Source of the DNA: a virus
Reading direction: 5' to 3' (one strand)
Length of the DNA: 64,000 bases
IMG/VR virus record: IMGVR_UViG_3300009149_000014
Coordinates: 32,001-96,000 of that record
Position numbers and translations under genes: made by a program. Position 1 is the first letter of the stretch. The number at the start of each line of letters is the position of its first letter. Shown here one piece after another: positions 18,564-27,289 of the stretch. The notes under the pieces are model-generated. The model saw nothing but the letters and a program-made list of their open reading frames with translations, made no database searches and had not been told where the DNA came from.

Positions 18564-19388
18564 GTGAGTATTTACGATTTTAATGCTGATCTTCGTCAGT
18601 CTCCTAGTCCTGAGATGTTGGGTCCGCATGTTCGTAAGATTCCTGGTATTGAGCAGCTCGATGATATTAAAGGTCAACGAGTTGAGAATTTAGGCGAGTT
18701 TAATTCTCAATATTCTGCTTATGTCCGTGAGGATGTGCCGGTTGCTTTTTATGGTCTTGAGCGGTCGTTGAAGCATTATTTTAGTGATATTCCGGTTCCT
18801 GCTAAGGATCACGTTCGGTTTATGCGGGTGCGGATTGCTGGTGCTGAGCTTGCGACTTTGTTTCATACTCAGAGTCAACAGGAGGGTAAGACGATTCTTC
18901 CGATTGCTGCTCTTGAGGGCGGGAAGGATTATGAATTTAATCCACTTAAATATAGTCTACCTTATTATCCGATGACTGTTCGTTATTTGAATAATTGTCG
19001 TAATAAGGTGGCGAAGGTTTTTCGACCTGTTCCTGTGCTTGTGAATTATACTCTCACTGTGATTACGCAGTCTAAGCGTGACATGGGTATTGTTCAGACG
19101 CATTTGTTGCGTCGTTTCAATCCTTATGCTGAATTGATGGTTGATGATGGTAGAATTAGCGGTGCAGTTCAATTGTACTATAAAGGTGCAAATACAACTA
19201 CACAGCTTGAAGTGCCTTTTGACCAGGATCAGATCCAAACGTGGGAATTGTCATTTCAGGCTGATACTTGGATTCCTTTGCCTGAGTTGATTACTCCTAC
19301 TGTTCGTGGTACTGTTGCGGTTTGGCGGGAAAGTTGCGGCAGTAGTATTAACCTTAAGATCCCTTCATTTTTAGACGCTGGAGTGTAG
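18564..19388 (+). CDS. tail terminator / sheath stabilizer (T4 gp15-like)
   Basis: ILPIAAL, FRPVPVLVNYTLTVITQSKRDM..IVQTHLLRRFNP, LSFQADTWI; position before the sheath. Confidence 0.7.
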   Translation: MSIYDFNADLRQSPSPEMLGPHVRKIPGIEQLDDIKGQRVENLGEFNSQYSAYVREDVPVAFYGLERSLKHYFSDIPVPAKDHVRFMRVRIAGAELATLFHTQSQQEGKTILPIAALEGGKDYEFNPLKYSLPYYPMTVRYLNNCRNKVAKVFRPVPVLVNYTLTVITQSKRDMGIVQTHLLRRFNPYAELMVDDGRISGAVQLYYKGANTTTQLEVPFDQDQIQTWELSFQADTWIPLPELITPTVRGTVAVWRESCGSSINLKIPSFLDAGV

Positions 19389-19389
19389 T

Positions 19390-19638
19390 ATGGTTAAGGC
19401 CGTTAAGACCGCTCGAACCAAAGAGCGAAATCCTGTTCGTATCATTAATGTTTCGCGACAAATGATTCCAATTCAGTTAACTGCTGAAGGCGAAGATTTT
19501 TTCAGAGGCCAACAGCAAATTCAGCTTCATGCTGGTCAAGATGTTTTGGTGGATGAGAAGTATCTCATTAAGGGACAGACTGAGAACCTTGCACAACGTG
19601 GTTTGTTAAAACTTATTAGGCAAACCAAGAGTGAGTGA
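19390..19638 (+). CDS. small protein (82 aa) upstream of sheath, paralog of 7446..7673
   Basis: GGAG SD; by-eye similarity to the minus-strand 75-aa ORF. Confidence 0.7.
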   Translation: MVKAVKTARTKERNPVRIINVSRQMIPIQLTAEGEDFFRGQQQIQLHAGQDVLVDEKYLIKGQTENLAQRGLLKLIRQTKSE

Positions 19639-19715
19639 TATTCGCCTTCAATAGAATACGCTCCGTCCGGCAAAATTACCTTTGAACAATCTAATAATTG
19701 CGGAGCTTTGATACA

Positions 19716-22571
19716 ATGCCAACTTACTTGAGCCCCGGCGTTTACTCAAGAGTGGTCGAAATTGCCACGTTGCCAAATGCGACTGGTCCACTTCGTCCTG
19801 GCTTTATTGGTACTGCCAATAAAGGTCCTGTGAATACGCCTGTATTGATCACCAATGCTCAGCAATTCATCGACGTTTTCGGCGAGCCCTTCCCAGATAG
19901 CTATCTCGGATACGCTGTTTTGGCTTTCCTTGAAGAAGGGAATCAAGCATACGTCCTTCGAGTTGCTGTTGAATGCGAAGAGGGACAACCACAAGAATTG
20001 CGTGACGTCTGTATCGACACCAGTGGTTCCAGAATCGAAGGTTGGGGTCGTGTCCCAGTCTTTTCTGGAATCGATGTCGGTCGTATTCCATTCCGAGCAA
20101 TCGGTGACGGAAACAATGCCAATCCAGGGCCTGTTTCATTTCACCCAGCCAGCATTTTCAATAGCAACTATGTTGATGCTAGCCTGAGTAGCACTAATGG
20201 TGCTACCGCTGCCACTCTTGGTTTTCTGGGCAATTACACAGGCGATATCGACGATTCATTCACTTTGGTAATTCGAAGTGAGCCAGATCTTTCTTCCGGA
20301 GCCGGAATCGGCGGTGCAGAATTTCAAATCATTCGTAATAGCGATGGTGAAGTTCTGGTCGATGATGTGCTCGTTGATCAAAGTGCTAATAACATCAGTG
20401 ATTGGATTCCAGTACCGGATGCTGGTTTCAGTGTTCGGGTCGAACTGACTTCGGGCGAGCTTGATATCGGTGACACTTTCACTTGGAATGTTGAGCCTGA
20501 CAACCGATCTTTTGCGATCGCAGTTGAAGGTGATGCGACTCCAAACGTGTATCAAATGCCAACCGCAACTTTCACAAGTGTCAATGATTTTGTGGTCGCT
20601 GCTAATGCTTTGTTGGTTGGTGAAGACTACATTTTCGCCCCTAACATCGTTGATGGTGTTACAATCGCGGAAGTACAATCGATCACTGAAGGTGACAGAA
20701 TTCAGTTGATGGCTACCAATGCGTTTGCTCTTGAATTGAATACCCGGCAATATGCTTGGGATATTCCACGAGCTTACTTGCTTGGTCTCGATCCAGGTCC
20801 TTACACTTTCAGTTCACAAAACAATCGTGTGATCTTGAACGTGATCGGCGAGAACGACACACAACAAATCTCTGTGTCAGTCGCTACCGGAACGAATATC
20901 ACCACTACTTCTATCGTTGGTACAATCGACGGTGCTGGTTCAATCAATGGTGAAAATTTCTACGAAGCGATCGAGTTGACCGTACCAGGTGGCACGACTC
21001 ACTTGGCAATCATTACTCATCCAGATCATCAAAACGATACACTTGAATTGTTGGCTAACTTCAGCAATATCAAAGTTCTTCGATTCGCTGACGAAGTGGA
21101 TATCATCAATCCTTACCGCCGAAGCTACCGAGGTTTCTTCGATAGCCGAACTTCTCTTCCAGAGCCTGGACAAAACGATCCGTCCGTACCACTTTCTTGT
21201 GAAATGAATCCACTCAGTGCTGCATGCATCGCTGATTCGAATTACTTCCAGAATATTGTTGGTTGGTTCGTTGCTCCAAGTGCTGGAACTTGGGCTGATA
21301 ACATCACGATTCAACTCTCGCTCTTCACTGAAGGTGTGGGTGATATCGCTGGTCGCTTCAAACTGATCGTCCTTGGTTCACAAGGTGAAATCCTGGAACG
21401 AGTTGAAGACTTTACCTTCGATAGACGAGACACCAACTACATCGCCAATTTGATCAATCCTGGCACAAGTGGTGGCGGTCTTCGTGGCAATCTTTTCGTC
21501 CATTGGGAAGATCGTCCAGGTTTCTTGGGCAATGATCCAAACTTGAGCACCTACGAACTACGTCAACCTTCACAATTTGCTGCTCGTCAGTACACTGGTG
21601 GTGCCAATGGTATCCCAACTGACCCAAGCTTTTCGAACTTGCTTGATGCTGCTGTTATCGGTAGCCCACAGCTTGCGACTGGTTTGTATGCTTTCGAAAA
21701 TCCAGAAGGACTTGAAATCGATGTGCTCGCTACTCCTGGTTTCAGCTCTGGAGCTGTTATTGGTACTGCGATTCAGATCGTTTCCAGCCGTGGTGATGCA
21801 GTTTACCTTGTTGATCCTCCGTTCGGTCTCCGACCACAACAAACGGTTGATTGGCACAATGGTATGCTTTTGAGCGATTTGCAACAAGCGATCAATACGA
21901 GTTATGCCGGTCTTTACACTGGTTGGCTGTTGGTCTTCGATCAGTTCAGTGGTCAGAACGTTTGGATTCCACCATCCGGTCACATTTCCGCAGTGTTCAG
22001 CCGATCCGCTCGTGATGCTGAACCTTGGTCAGCTCCTGCTGGTTTGCGTCGTGGTCGTTTGTTGAGCCCAATTGCGGTTGAATACTCGCCGACTCAAGGT
22101 GAACGCGATCTGCTTTACGGTTCTGGCAACAGTGTCAACCCGATCGTGAATTTCACTCAAGAAGGCTTGACAGTTTGGGGTAATCGCACCCTGCAACGTG
22201 GTGAAGCTCCTTTGAGCCGAATGGACGTTCGATTGCTTGTTAACCGAATTCGTCGTGGTCTTGCTCAGTTGCTTCGCAACTTTGTCTTCGAGCCAAATGA
22301 TCGGATTTTGTGGTCACAAGTTCGAGCTTCGATCAATCCGTTCTTGGCTGATATTCAGTCACGTCGTGGTTTGGTTGAGTACGTTCTGATTGTCGATGAG
22401 AATAACAACACGGCTGAACGAATCGACCGTGGTGAGCTTTGGGTATCTGTGATCTTGGTTCCGCAACGTGCTGCTGAGATCGTTGTACTCAACATTGGTG
22501 TTACTCGCCAAAGTGTGAGTTTGACTTCGGAAGAGGTCTTGTCAGCTGTTGGCGTTGTGAATGGTGGTTAA
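19716..22571 (+). CDS. gp18: contractile tail sheath protein
   Basis: YLSPGVYSR, FIGTANKGPVNTP, WIPPSGH, PWSAPAGLRRG, VNPI, VWGNRTLQ, FVFEPND, NNTAERIDRGEL. Confidence 0.96.
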   Translation: MPTYLSPGVYSRVVEIATLPNATGPLRPGFIGTANKGPVNTPVLITNAQQFIDVFGEPFPDSYLGYAVLAFLEEGNQAYVLRVAVECEEGQPQELRDVCIDTSGSRIEGWGRVPVFSGIDVGRIPFRAIGDGNNANPGPVSFHPASIFNSNYVDASLSSTNGATAATLGFLGNYTGDIDDSFTLVIRSEPDLSSGAGIGGAEFQIIRNSDGEVLVDDVLVDQSANNISDWIPVPDAGFSVRVELTSGELDIGDTFTWNVEPDNRSFAIAVEGDATPNVYQMPTATFTSVNDFVVAANALLVGEDYIFAPNIVDGVTIAEVQSITEGDRIQLMATNAFALELNTRQYAWDIPRAYLLGLDPGPYTFSSQNNRVILNVIGENDTQQISVSVATGTNITTTSIVGTIDGAGSINGENFYEAIELTVPGGTTHLAIITHPDHQNDTLELLANFSNIKVLRFADEVDIINPYRRSYRGFFDSRTSLPEPGQNDPSVPLSCEMNPLSAACIADSNYFQNIVGWFVAPSAGTWADNITIQLSLFTEGVGDIAGRFKLIVLGSQGEILERVEDFTFDRRDTNYIANLINPGTSGGGLRGNLFVHWEDRPGFLGNDPNLSTYELRQPSQFAARQYTGGANGIPTDPSFSNLLDAAVIGSPQLATGLYAFENPEGLEIDVLATPGFSSGAVIGTAIQIVSSRGDAVYLVDPPFGLRPQQTVDWHNGMLLSDLQQAINTSYAGLYTGWLLVFDQFSGQNVWIPPSGHISAVFSRSARDAEPWSAPAGLRRGRLLSPIAVEYSPTQGERDLLYGSGNSVNPIVNFTQEGLTVWGNRTLQRGEAPLSRMDVRLLVNRIRRGLAQLLRNFVFEPNDRILWSQVRASINPFLADIQSRRGLVEYVLIVDENNNTAERIDRGELWVSVILVPQRAAEIVVLNIGVTRQSVSLTSEEVLSAVGVVNGG

Positions 22572-22573
22572 GT

Positions 22574-22606
22574 AATGGGGAGCCCTTGAACCGGGTTCCC
22601 CATTTT
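22574..22606 (+). terminator. intrinsic terminator after sheath
   Basis: AATGGGGAGCCC / GGGTTCCCCATT stem ending in a T-run. Confidence 0.7.
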
Positions 22607-22634
22607 CAAACAATCGGGGCAACCCGTTCACATA

Positions 22635-22670
22635 GGGGCGTGATTCTCGGTGGAATCACGCCCCATTTTT
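22635..22670 (+). terminator. second intrinsic terminator
   Basis: Perfect 12-bp stem GGGGCGTGATTC / GAATCACGCCCC followed by ATTTTT. Confidence 0.7.
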
Positions 22671-22718
22671 ATAGCCCCGTCCCCAAAGATACTTTGTCTT
22701 ATCTCGGGGGATAATACC

Positions 22719-23213
22719 ATGAGTGATCTTTTTATGACTGTGGAGTCTTTGGACTCCAAACATCGGGAAAAGTTCGTTCCGATTCTTCGATCTTGCATTG
22801 ATGAGACCAAGGTTGACCTTGAGGAAAGCATTCCTCATTATTTGTATAATCTTGGTCAGAACGCTGGGATAATGGGATTTAACATTTACGGCGATCCTAT
22901 TGCATATGTCTTGTATAATAAGACGCAAAATCATCCTATTCTTTTGATGCATTTTTGGGTTCATCCGAGATACAGACGGCAGAAAGTGGGGGCAAGAATG
23001 CTTGCTCATATTAGTCGTACTGAAAAACCCAGTTTGATTATGACGATTTTGAATGAAACATTGGTGACGGCTCAATTGTTTTTGAGATCTTTGGGATTCT
23101 TTTGCACGCAAATTATACGTAGTAGCGAATTTACTAATGATCAATATCGTTTCGTTGCGAATGTTTACAATCCCATGAACAGATTAGCGGTTTATAATCC
23201 GCAGATGTTCTAA
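22719..23213 (+). CDS. GNAT acetyltransferase (RimI-like)
   Basis: WVHPRYRRQKVGARML (acetyl-CoA motif A), NETLVTAQLFLRSLGF. Confidence 0.8.
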   Translation: MSDLFMTVESLDSKHREKFVPILRSCIDETKVDLEESIPHYLYNLGQNAGIMGFNIYGDPIAYVLYNKTQNHPILLMHFWVHPRYRRQKVGARMLAHISRTEKPSLIMTILNETLVTAQLFLRSLGFFCTQIIRSSEFTNDQYRFVANVYNPMNRLAVYNPQMF

Positions 23214-23257
23214 GAAAAACTAGAATAGTCGGATTCATCGAATTAGAGGACTAACTA

Positions 23258-23854
23258 ATGCCTGGCTTCAATGTTGCACCTTTTGGTGGTTCACTTCCTG
23301 GTGGCCCCTCGAATAATATCGAAACACGTCGCCAAAACCGTTGGGTTTTCGAATCCTTGGGTAGAGGTGCAAGTGCCTGGACTAACACTGAGTTGTTGCT
23401 CCTCGAATCGGCTTCTCGACCGAAATTCGAGTTCGAAGAAGTCGAGATGCACCACAACCAAGAAACTGCATACTTCGCTGGTAAGCACAAGTTCCAGCCA
23501 GTGAAAATGCGATGGTATGATGCCGAGCAAGATCCTGACATTTCGAAGGGTGTCTACCACTGGATTGAAACCGTGCTAGATATTGGTGACCAGCTGGTCG
23601 CCCACCCACGTTTTTACAAGCGTGAAGCTTCTTTGCGGATGTTGGATGGTACTGGTCAACCAAACGAAGTCTGGTCAATGATGGGCTGCTGGCCTAAAGA
23701 TTGTGACTGGGGCGATTTGGATTACACCTCTTCCAAGATCTGTATGATCGAATGCACAATGCGTTATGACCGTGCGGTTCGACAATTCTTGGACGGAAGC
23801 TGCCCAACTCCAATTGCACCACAACCAATCACGCCAAGCTGCCCAGTCGTTTAA
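23258..23854 (+). CDS. gp19: tail tube protein
   Basis: RRQNRW, SRPKFEFEEV, YFAGK, YKREASLRMLDGTG..EVW..GCWP..GDLDY..MRYD. Confidence 0.9.
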   Translation: MPGFNVAPFGGSLPGGPSNNIETRRQNRWVFESLGRGASAWTNTELLLLESASRPKFEFEEVEMHHNQETAYFAGKHKFQPVKMRWYDAEQDPDISKGVYHWIETVLDIGDQLVAHPRFYKREASLRMLDGTGQPNEVWSMMGCWPKDCDWGDLDYTSSKICMIECTMRYDRAVRQFLDGSCPTPIAPQPITPSCPVV

Positions 23855-23869
23855 TAACACTGGTGGTTT

Positions 23870-24481
23870 ATGCCTGGATTTAATGTTGGTCACTTTTTTG
23901 GTGAATGCGAAGATGGTGCACCGGGACTTAACGGTGCACCATCAATTGTTCCCAATGTTACTGAAACAGCTCGTAGACATCGTTACGAGCTGATTTTAAG
24001 CTCATTGCCCGGTAATCGTGCTGCAGATAGTATTTTCTTTCCCCTGATAGTTCCCTTGGCTTGTGAATCTCTCGACAGGCCAACGATGCGTATTCAAAAA
24101 GAAAGAGTGTGGAATGGAGCAGACTATGCTAACGTTCCACTTCGAGGCGAATACGATCCTATTAATGTGACTCTTTATGAAGTTCTCCGTGATGATGACA
24201 GTGCTCCAATTGCGAATTGGACATTAGAATCAGTTCTTTCATGGTGGACAAACAGCTCATTTAGTGTTATCCATTCCCGCCCTGGGTTTGCTACTTCTCG
24301 TCGAGTTACCGCTACTATCAAAATGTTGAATGGTCTTGGTAATCCGATCTGGGCATATAGATTGCATCGTTGCTGGCCGGAAGTTATCAGTCCGGATTCT
24401 CTGACATACAAAAATTCAGAAATAGCAACAGTCGCACTCACTTTGAATTTCGACAAAGTGGAAGAAGCAATCGATTTATAG
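23870..24481 (+). CDS. tail tube-like paralog 2
   Basis: MPGF start, RRHRY, DRP, YDPINVTLYE, YRLHRCWP, LTY, LTLNFD. Confidence 0.75.
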   Translation: MPGFNVGHFFGECEDGAPGLNGAPSIVPNVTETARRHRYELILSSLPGNRAADSIFFPLIVPLACESLDRPTMRIQKERVWNGADYANVPLRGEYDPINVTLYEVLRDDDSAPIANWTLESVLSWWTNSSFSVIHSRPGFATSRRVTATIKMLNGLGNPIWAYRLHRCWPEVISPDSLTYKNSEIATVALTLNFDKVEEAIDL

Positions 24482-24489
24482 GTAACATA

Positions 24490-25068
24490 ATGCCCGGATT
24501 TATTATTAATCAATTGGGTGGTAACAATGGCGGGTTCTCTCCAGAACAACGTTACTATGCCTCATTTTCATGGGAGATTGTTGATATTAGTAACAAGCTT
24601 CCCACTTTTGCTCGATTTCTGAATAATACCCTACTTCTTCGCACTGCTACTCTCCCTCACGTTACCTTTCAAAAAATCGAAACAGAAGGAGGGACAATTA
24701 AATACAAGTTCGCTGGTAAACCCGCTTACGAAGATGTTCGAATTTCATGGTACGACACTGAAAATTTAGCAACCGTCTATAAAGAATGGTATAATATCAT
24801 TTATACCAATGATCTCGGCATTCAAGCTCCAAATGCATATAAAGGTGACGCTGTTCTGCGTAAATACTTATCGGACAGACCTGATAGTCAAGCCAGTCCG
24901 GTTACAGAACCAGCCTCCCAACCTAGTGGTACAGTAAGATATCAATTGTTTGGGTCGTGGCCTACGTCATTTAAGGAAAGTGAACTCACCTACCTTGAAG
25001 CGTCCATAAAAAGTGTCGAAGTTACCCTAACATACGATTATTTCGAATCGGAAATAACAGATGCCTAA
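24490..25068 (+). CDS. tail tube-like paralog 3
   Basis: MPGF start (ATG 24490), YKFAGKP, ISWYD, YKGD, LFGSWP, LTY, VTLTYDY. Confidence 0.8.
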   Translation: MPGFIINQLGGNNGGFSPEQRYYASFSWEIVDISNKLPTFARFLNNTLLLRTATLPHVTFQKIETEGGTIKYKFAGKPAYEDVRISWYDTENLATVYKEWYNIIYTNDLGIQAPNAYKGDAVLRKYLSDRPDSQASPVTEPASQPSGTVRYQLFGSWPTSFKESELTYLEASIKSVEVTLTYDYFESEITDA

Positions 25069-26107
25069 CGAAGAACGCGAAATCGATTTGGAAGGAAATA
25101 ACACTCCAGCCAAATCTTCCCCTAACCCAGCCAACGAGAAAACTGTTCACGTTGACGAAAAAGAACAACTGAATCCGCAAATTGCCGCACTTGGCAAAGA
25201 CATGACGGACGACGAGTTCTTGTATGCGATTGCCAATGCTCCGGATGAAATGCTCATCCCTTGGGAAGAAGTTCCAATCCCAAGTGGCGGTCTTTATTAC
25301 GAAGGTTGGACAAATGGCACAGTTCGCGTTCGTGCTATGACACAAAGTGTCGAAAAAGCCTTTGCCAACCGACGATTAGTCCAAAGTGGTGGAGCAATCG
25401 ATAAAATGTTCAACACCTGTGCAGAACTCCCAGGTGCAATGGACCCCCAACAATTGTTGATTGGTGATCGAACATTTTTGTTGTACTATATTCGCGGTTT
25501 GACCTACGGTAATTTGTACAAGTTCGTTGTGACTTGTCCTCATTGCAAAGCTGAATCAAGCCACGTTTACGACATGAATGAGCTTTACTCAACTGTCATT
25601 CCGGCAAATCAACAGATTGGCAACGAACCGTTCAAAGTCATTTTACCTCATTTGTCAGCCATTAGTGGTCGTGAAATCTGGGTTGGTGTACGATTCTTAC
25701 GCCAAGCAGATATCACAAACATCATGGCTTCACGTCGATTCAATAAGCGACTCGAAGGAAATAGTGTTCGAGCCGGTAATGTTCGAAATCGTGGACGTCG
25801 AGGCCAAGCACCTCAATCTGGCGTTGATGAACAGCAATCACAAGCAGACATGCTACTAGACGGTTCGGTCGAAAAGACCATTGTTTCCGTCAATGGTAAT
25901 CGCGAACCAGCTTTAATCCAGCAAATCGTTTCACGGCTGCATTCTCGTGATAATGCGGCCATCCGGGACTTCCTGATGGAGAATACCCCCGGAATCGATA
26001 CTACCGTCAATGTAACATGTCCGGAGTGCAGTAATGAGGCAATGATGGAATTGCCCATTACTGACGGGTTTTTTCGTTCGGCTGAGCGATCAGGAACTAG
26101 AAAATAG
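25061..26107 (+). CDS. baseplate hub / tail assembly chaperone (T4 gp26-like)
   Basis: IPSGGLYY, VRAMT..EK, LLIGDRTFLLYYIRGLTYG, two CPxC motifs, C-terminal ITDGFFR. Confidence 0.8.
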   Translation: MPNEEREIDLEGNNTPAKSSPNPANEKTVHVDEKEQLNPQIAALGKDMTDDEFLYAIANAPDEMLIPWEEVPIPSGGLYYEGWTNGTVRVRAMTQSVEKAFANRRLVQSGGAIDKMFNTCAELPGAMDPQQLLIGDRTFLLYYIRGLTYGNLYKFVVTCPHCKAESSHVYDMNELYSTVIPANQQIGNEPFKVILPHLSAISGREIWVGVRFLRQADITNIMASRRFNKRLEGNSVRAGNVRNRGRRGQAPQSGVDEQQSQADMLLDGSVEKTIVSVNGNREPALIQQIVSRLHSRDNAAIRDFLMENTPGIDTTVNVTCPECSNEAMMELPITDGFFRSAERSGTRK

Positions 26108-26297
26108 ATACGAATCGCTCTTAGAAGAACAGTATCTATTGAAAAAACACGCTAATCTTTCATTGTTCGAACAAGAACAGATCCCAGCTGAAGATCGCCG
26201 ATGGTGGCTCGAAAGGATCAAAAAAGACAACGAAGAAGCAGAAAACCAATCTCGACGAGCCCAAGGCCCATCGAGAGCACCCGGTAGCCGTTCCTAA
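26070..26297 (+). CDS. gp51-like chaperone extension with no start codon; predicted +1 frameshift product fused to 25061..26074
   Basis: Open +1 frame encoding YESLLEEQYLLKKHANLSLFEQEQIPAEDRRWWLERIKK (gp51-like pattern); in-frame TGA at 26043; no ATG/GTG. Confidence 0.7.
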   Translation, partial: FFVRLSDQELENRYESLLEEQYLLKKHANLSLFEQEQIPAEDRRWWLERIKKDNEEAENQSRRAQGPSRAPGSRS

Positions 26298-26342
26298 ATG
26301 CTAAATTATCAAAACTAATTTAGCAACAAAAGGAACAATCTT

Positions 26343-27257
26343 ATGGCTGCATGTGACTGTCTAATTGAAAACGCCTATCCACGAATCAGCGGTCGAACAG
26401 GCAATCTGATCGATCTCAACGTGGATTTCTACAACAATGGTAAACTCGATGATCCATTTTGGATTCAAAGAGTCGAGATTTACCGTTGTTCTGTTTCACC
26501 AGCAAATCTCGAAGCAGTTATCTCCTTCGCAGATCCCACAGATCTCATCTACCCTGCACCAGCTTGCCAAGAGACCATCCCAGTAGATGTGGGCCAATGT
26601 GGAACAGCACCCCCTGCTAACCCAACCCCCATCCCAGGCAAATACCACCTACCATTCTTGATTCCATCAGACTTCAAAGCACCTGATGTATACATCGACG
26701 TTTGGTACTTCTACCCAAAGAACCCATGCCTGGGCGATCAATATCCAGACGTTTGCGACCCATCAGACATCACATCAGGATTCCAAGTCGATCCTCTATG
26801 TGACCCAACCGATCCAATCTTCTACGATCAACTCGTCACCTGCTGCCACCGATTCTGGGTATACCCAGACTCTTGGATGTGTGACGATAAACTCCAAACT
26901 GTCAATTTCGGTTTCGAACCACTCAACACCAGATTTAACAGCCCAGAAACCAAACCACTCGAAGTGGGCTTGATTCCACTGCCAGTATACAGCTACAACA
27001 AGTCACTCGTCGACTCATTGATCCCATTCATCAAAGGATCAATCACAGTTGGTACTCAATACTGTGACGTTTTGGTTCAAGATGCTCCAATGGATTTGGG
27101 ATTCCGTCAAGGAAATTACCGATCCAATCCATGGGTCGTTAAATGGAACCTCGACACCACGACCTTCATCCGAGGATCTTACTGGTACCAAGTCAAATTG
27201 ACTCTTCCAGATGGATCGACACGTGTTAGCCAGAAATTCTGGTTCGAGATTCGGTAA
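26343..27257 (+). CDS. hypothetical Cys/Pro-rich protein, likely virion component
   Basis: AAGGA SD, promoter-like motif, beta-rich C-terminus (GSYWYQVKLTLPDG). Confidence 0.7.
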   Translation: MAACDCLIENAYPRISGRTGNLIDLNVDFYNNGKLDDPFWIQRVEIYRCSVSPANLEAVISFADPTDLIYPAPACQETIPVDVGQCGTAPPANPTPIPGKYHLPFLIPSDFKAPDVYIDVWYFYPKNPCLGDQYPDVCDPSDITSGFQVDPLCDPTDPIFYDQLVTCCHRFWVYPDSWMCDDKLQTVNFGFEPLNTRFNSPETKPLEVGLIPLPVYSYNKSLVDSLIPFIKGSITVGTQYCDVLVQDAPMDLGFRQGNYRSNPWVVKWNLDTTTFIRGSYWYQVKLTLPDGSTRVSQKFWFEIR

Positions 27258-27289
27258 TATCCGAACAGTCGAAATCGTGTTATACTTGT

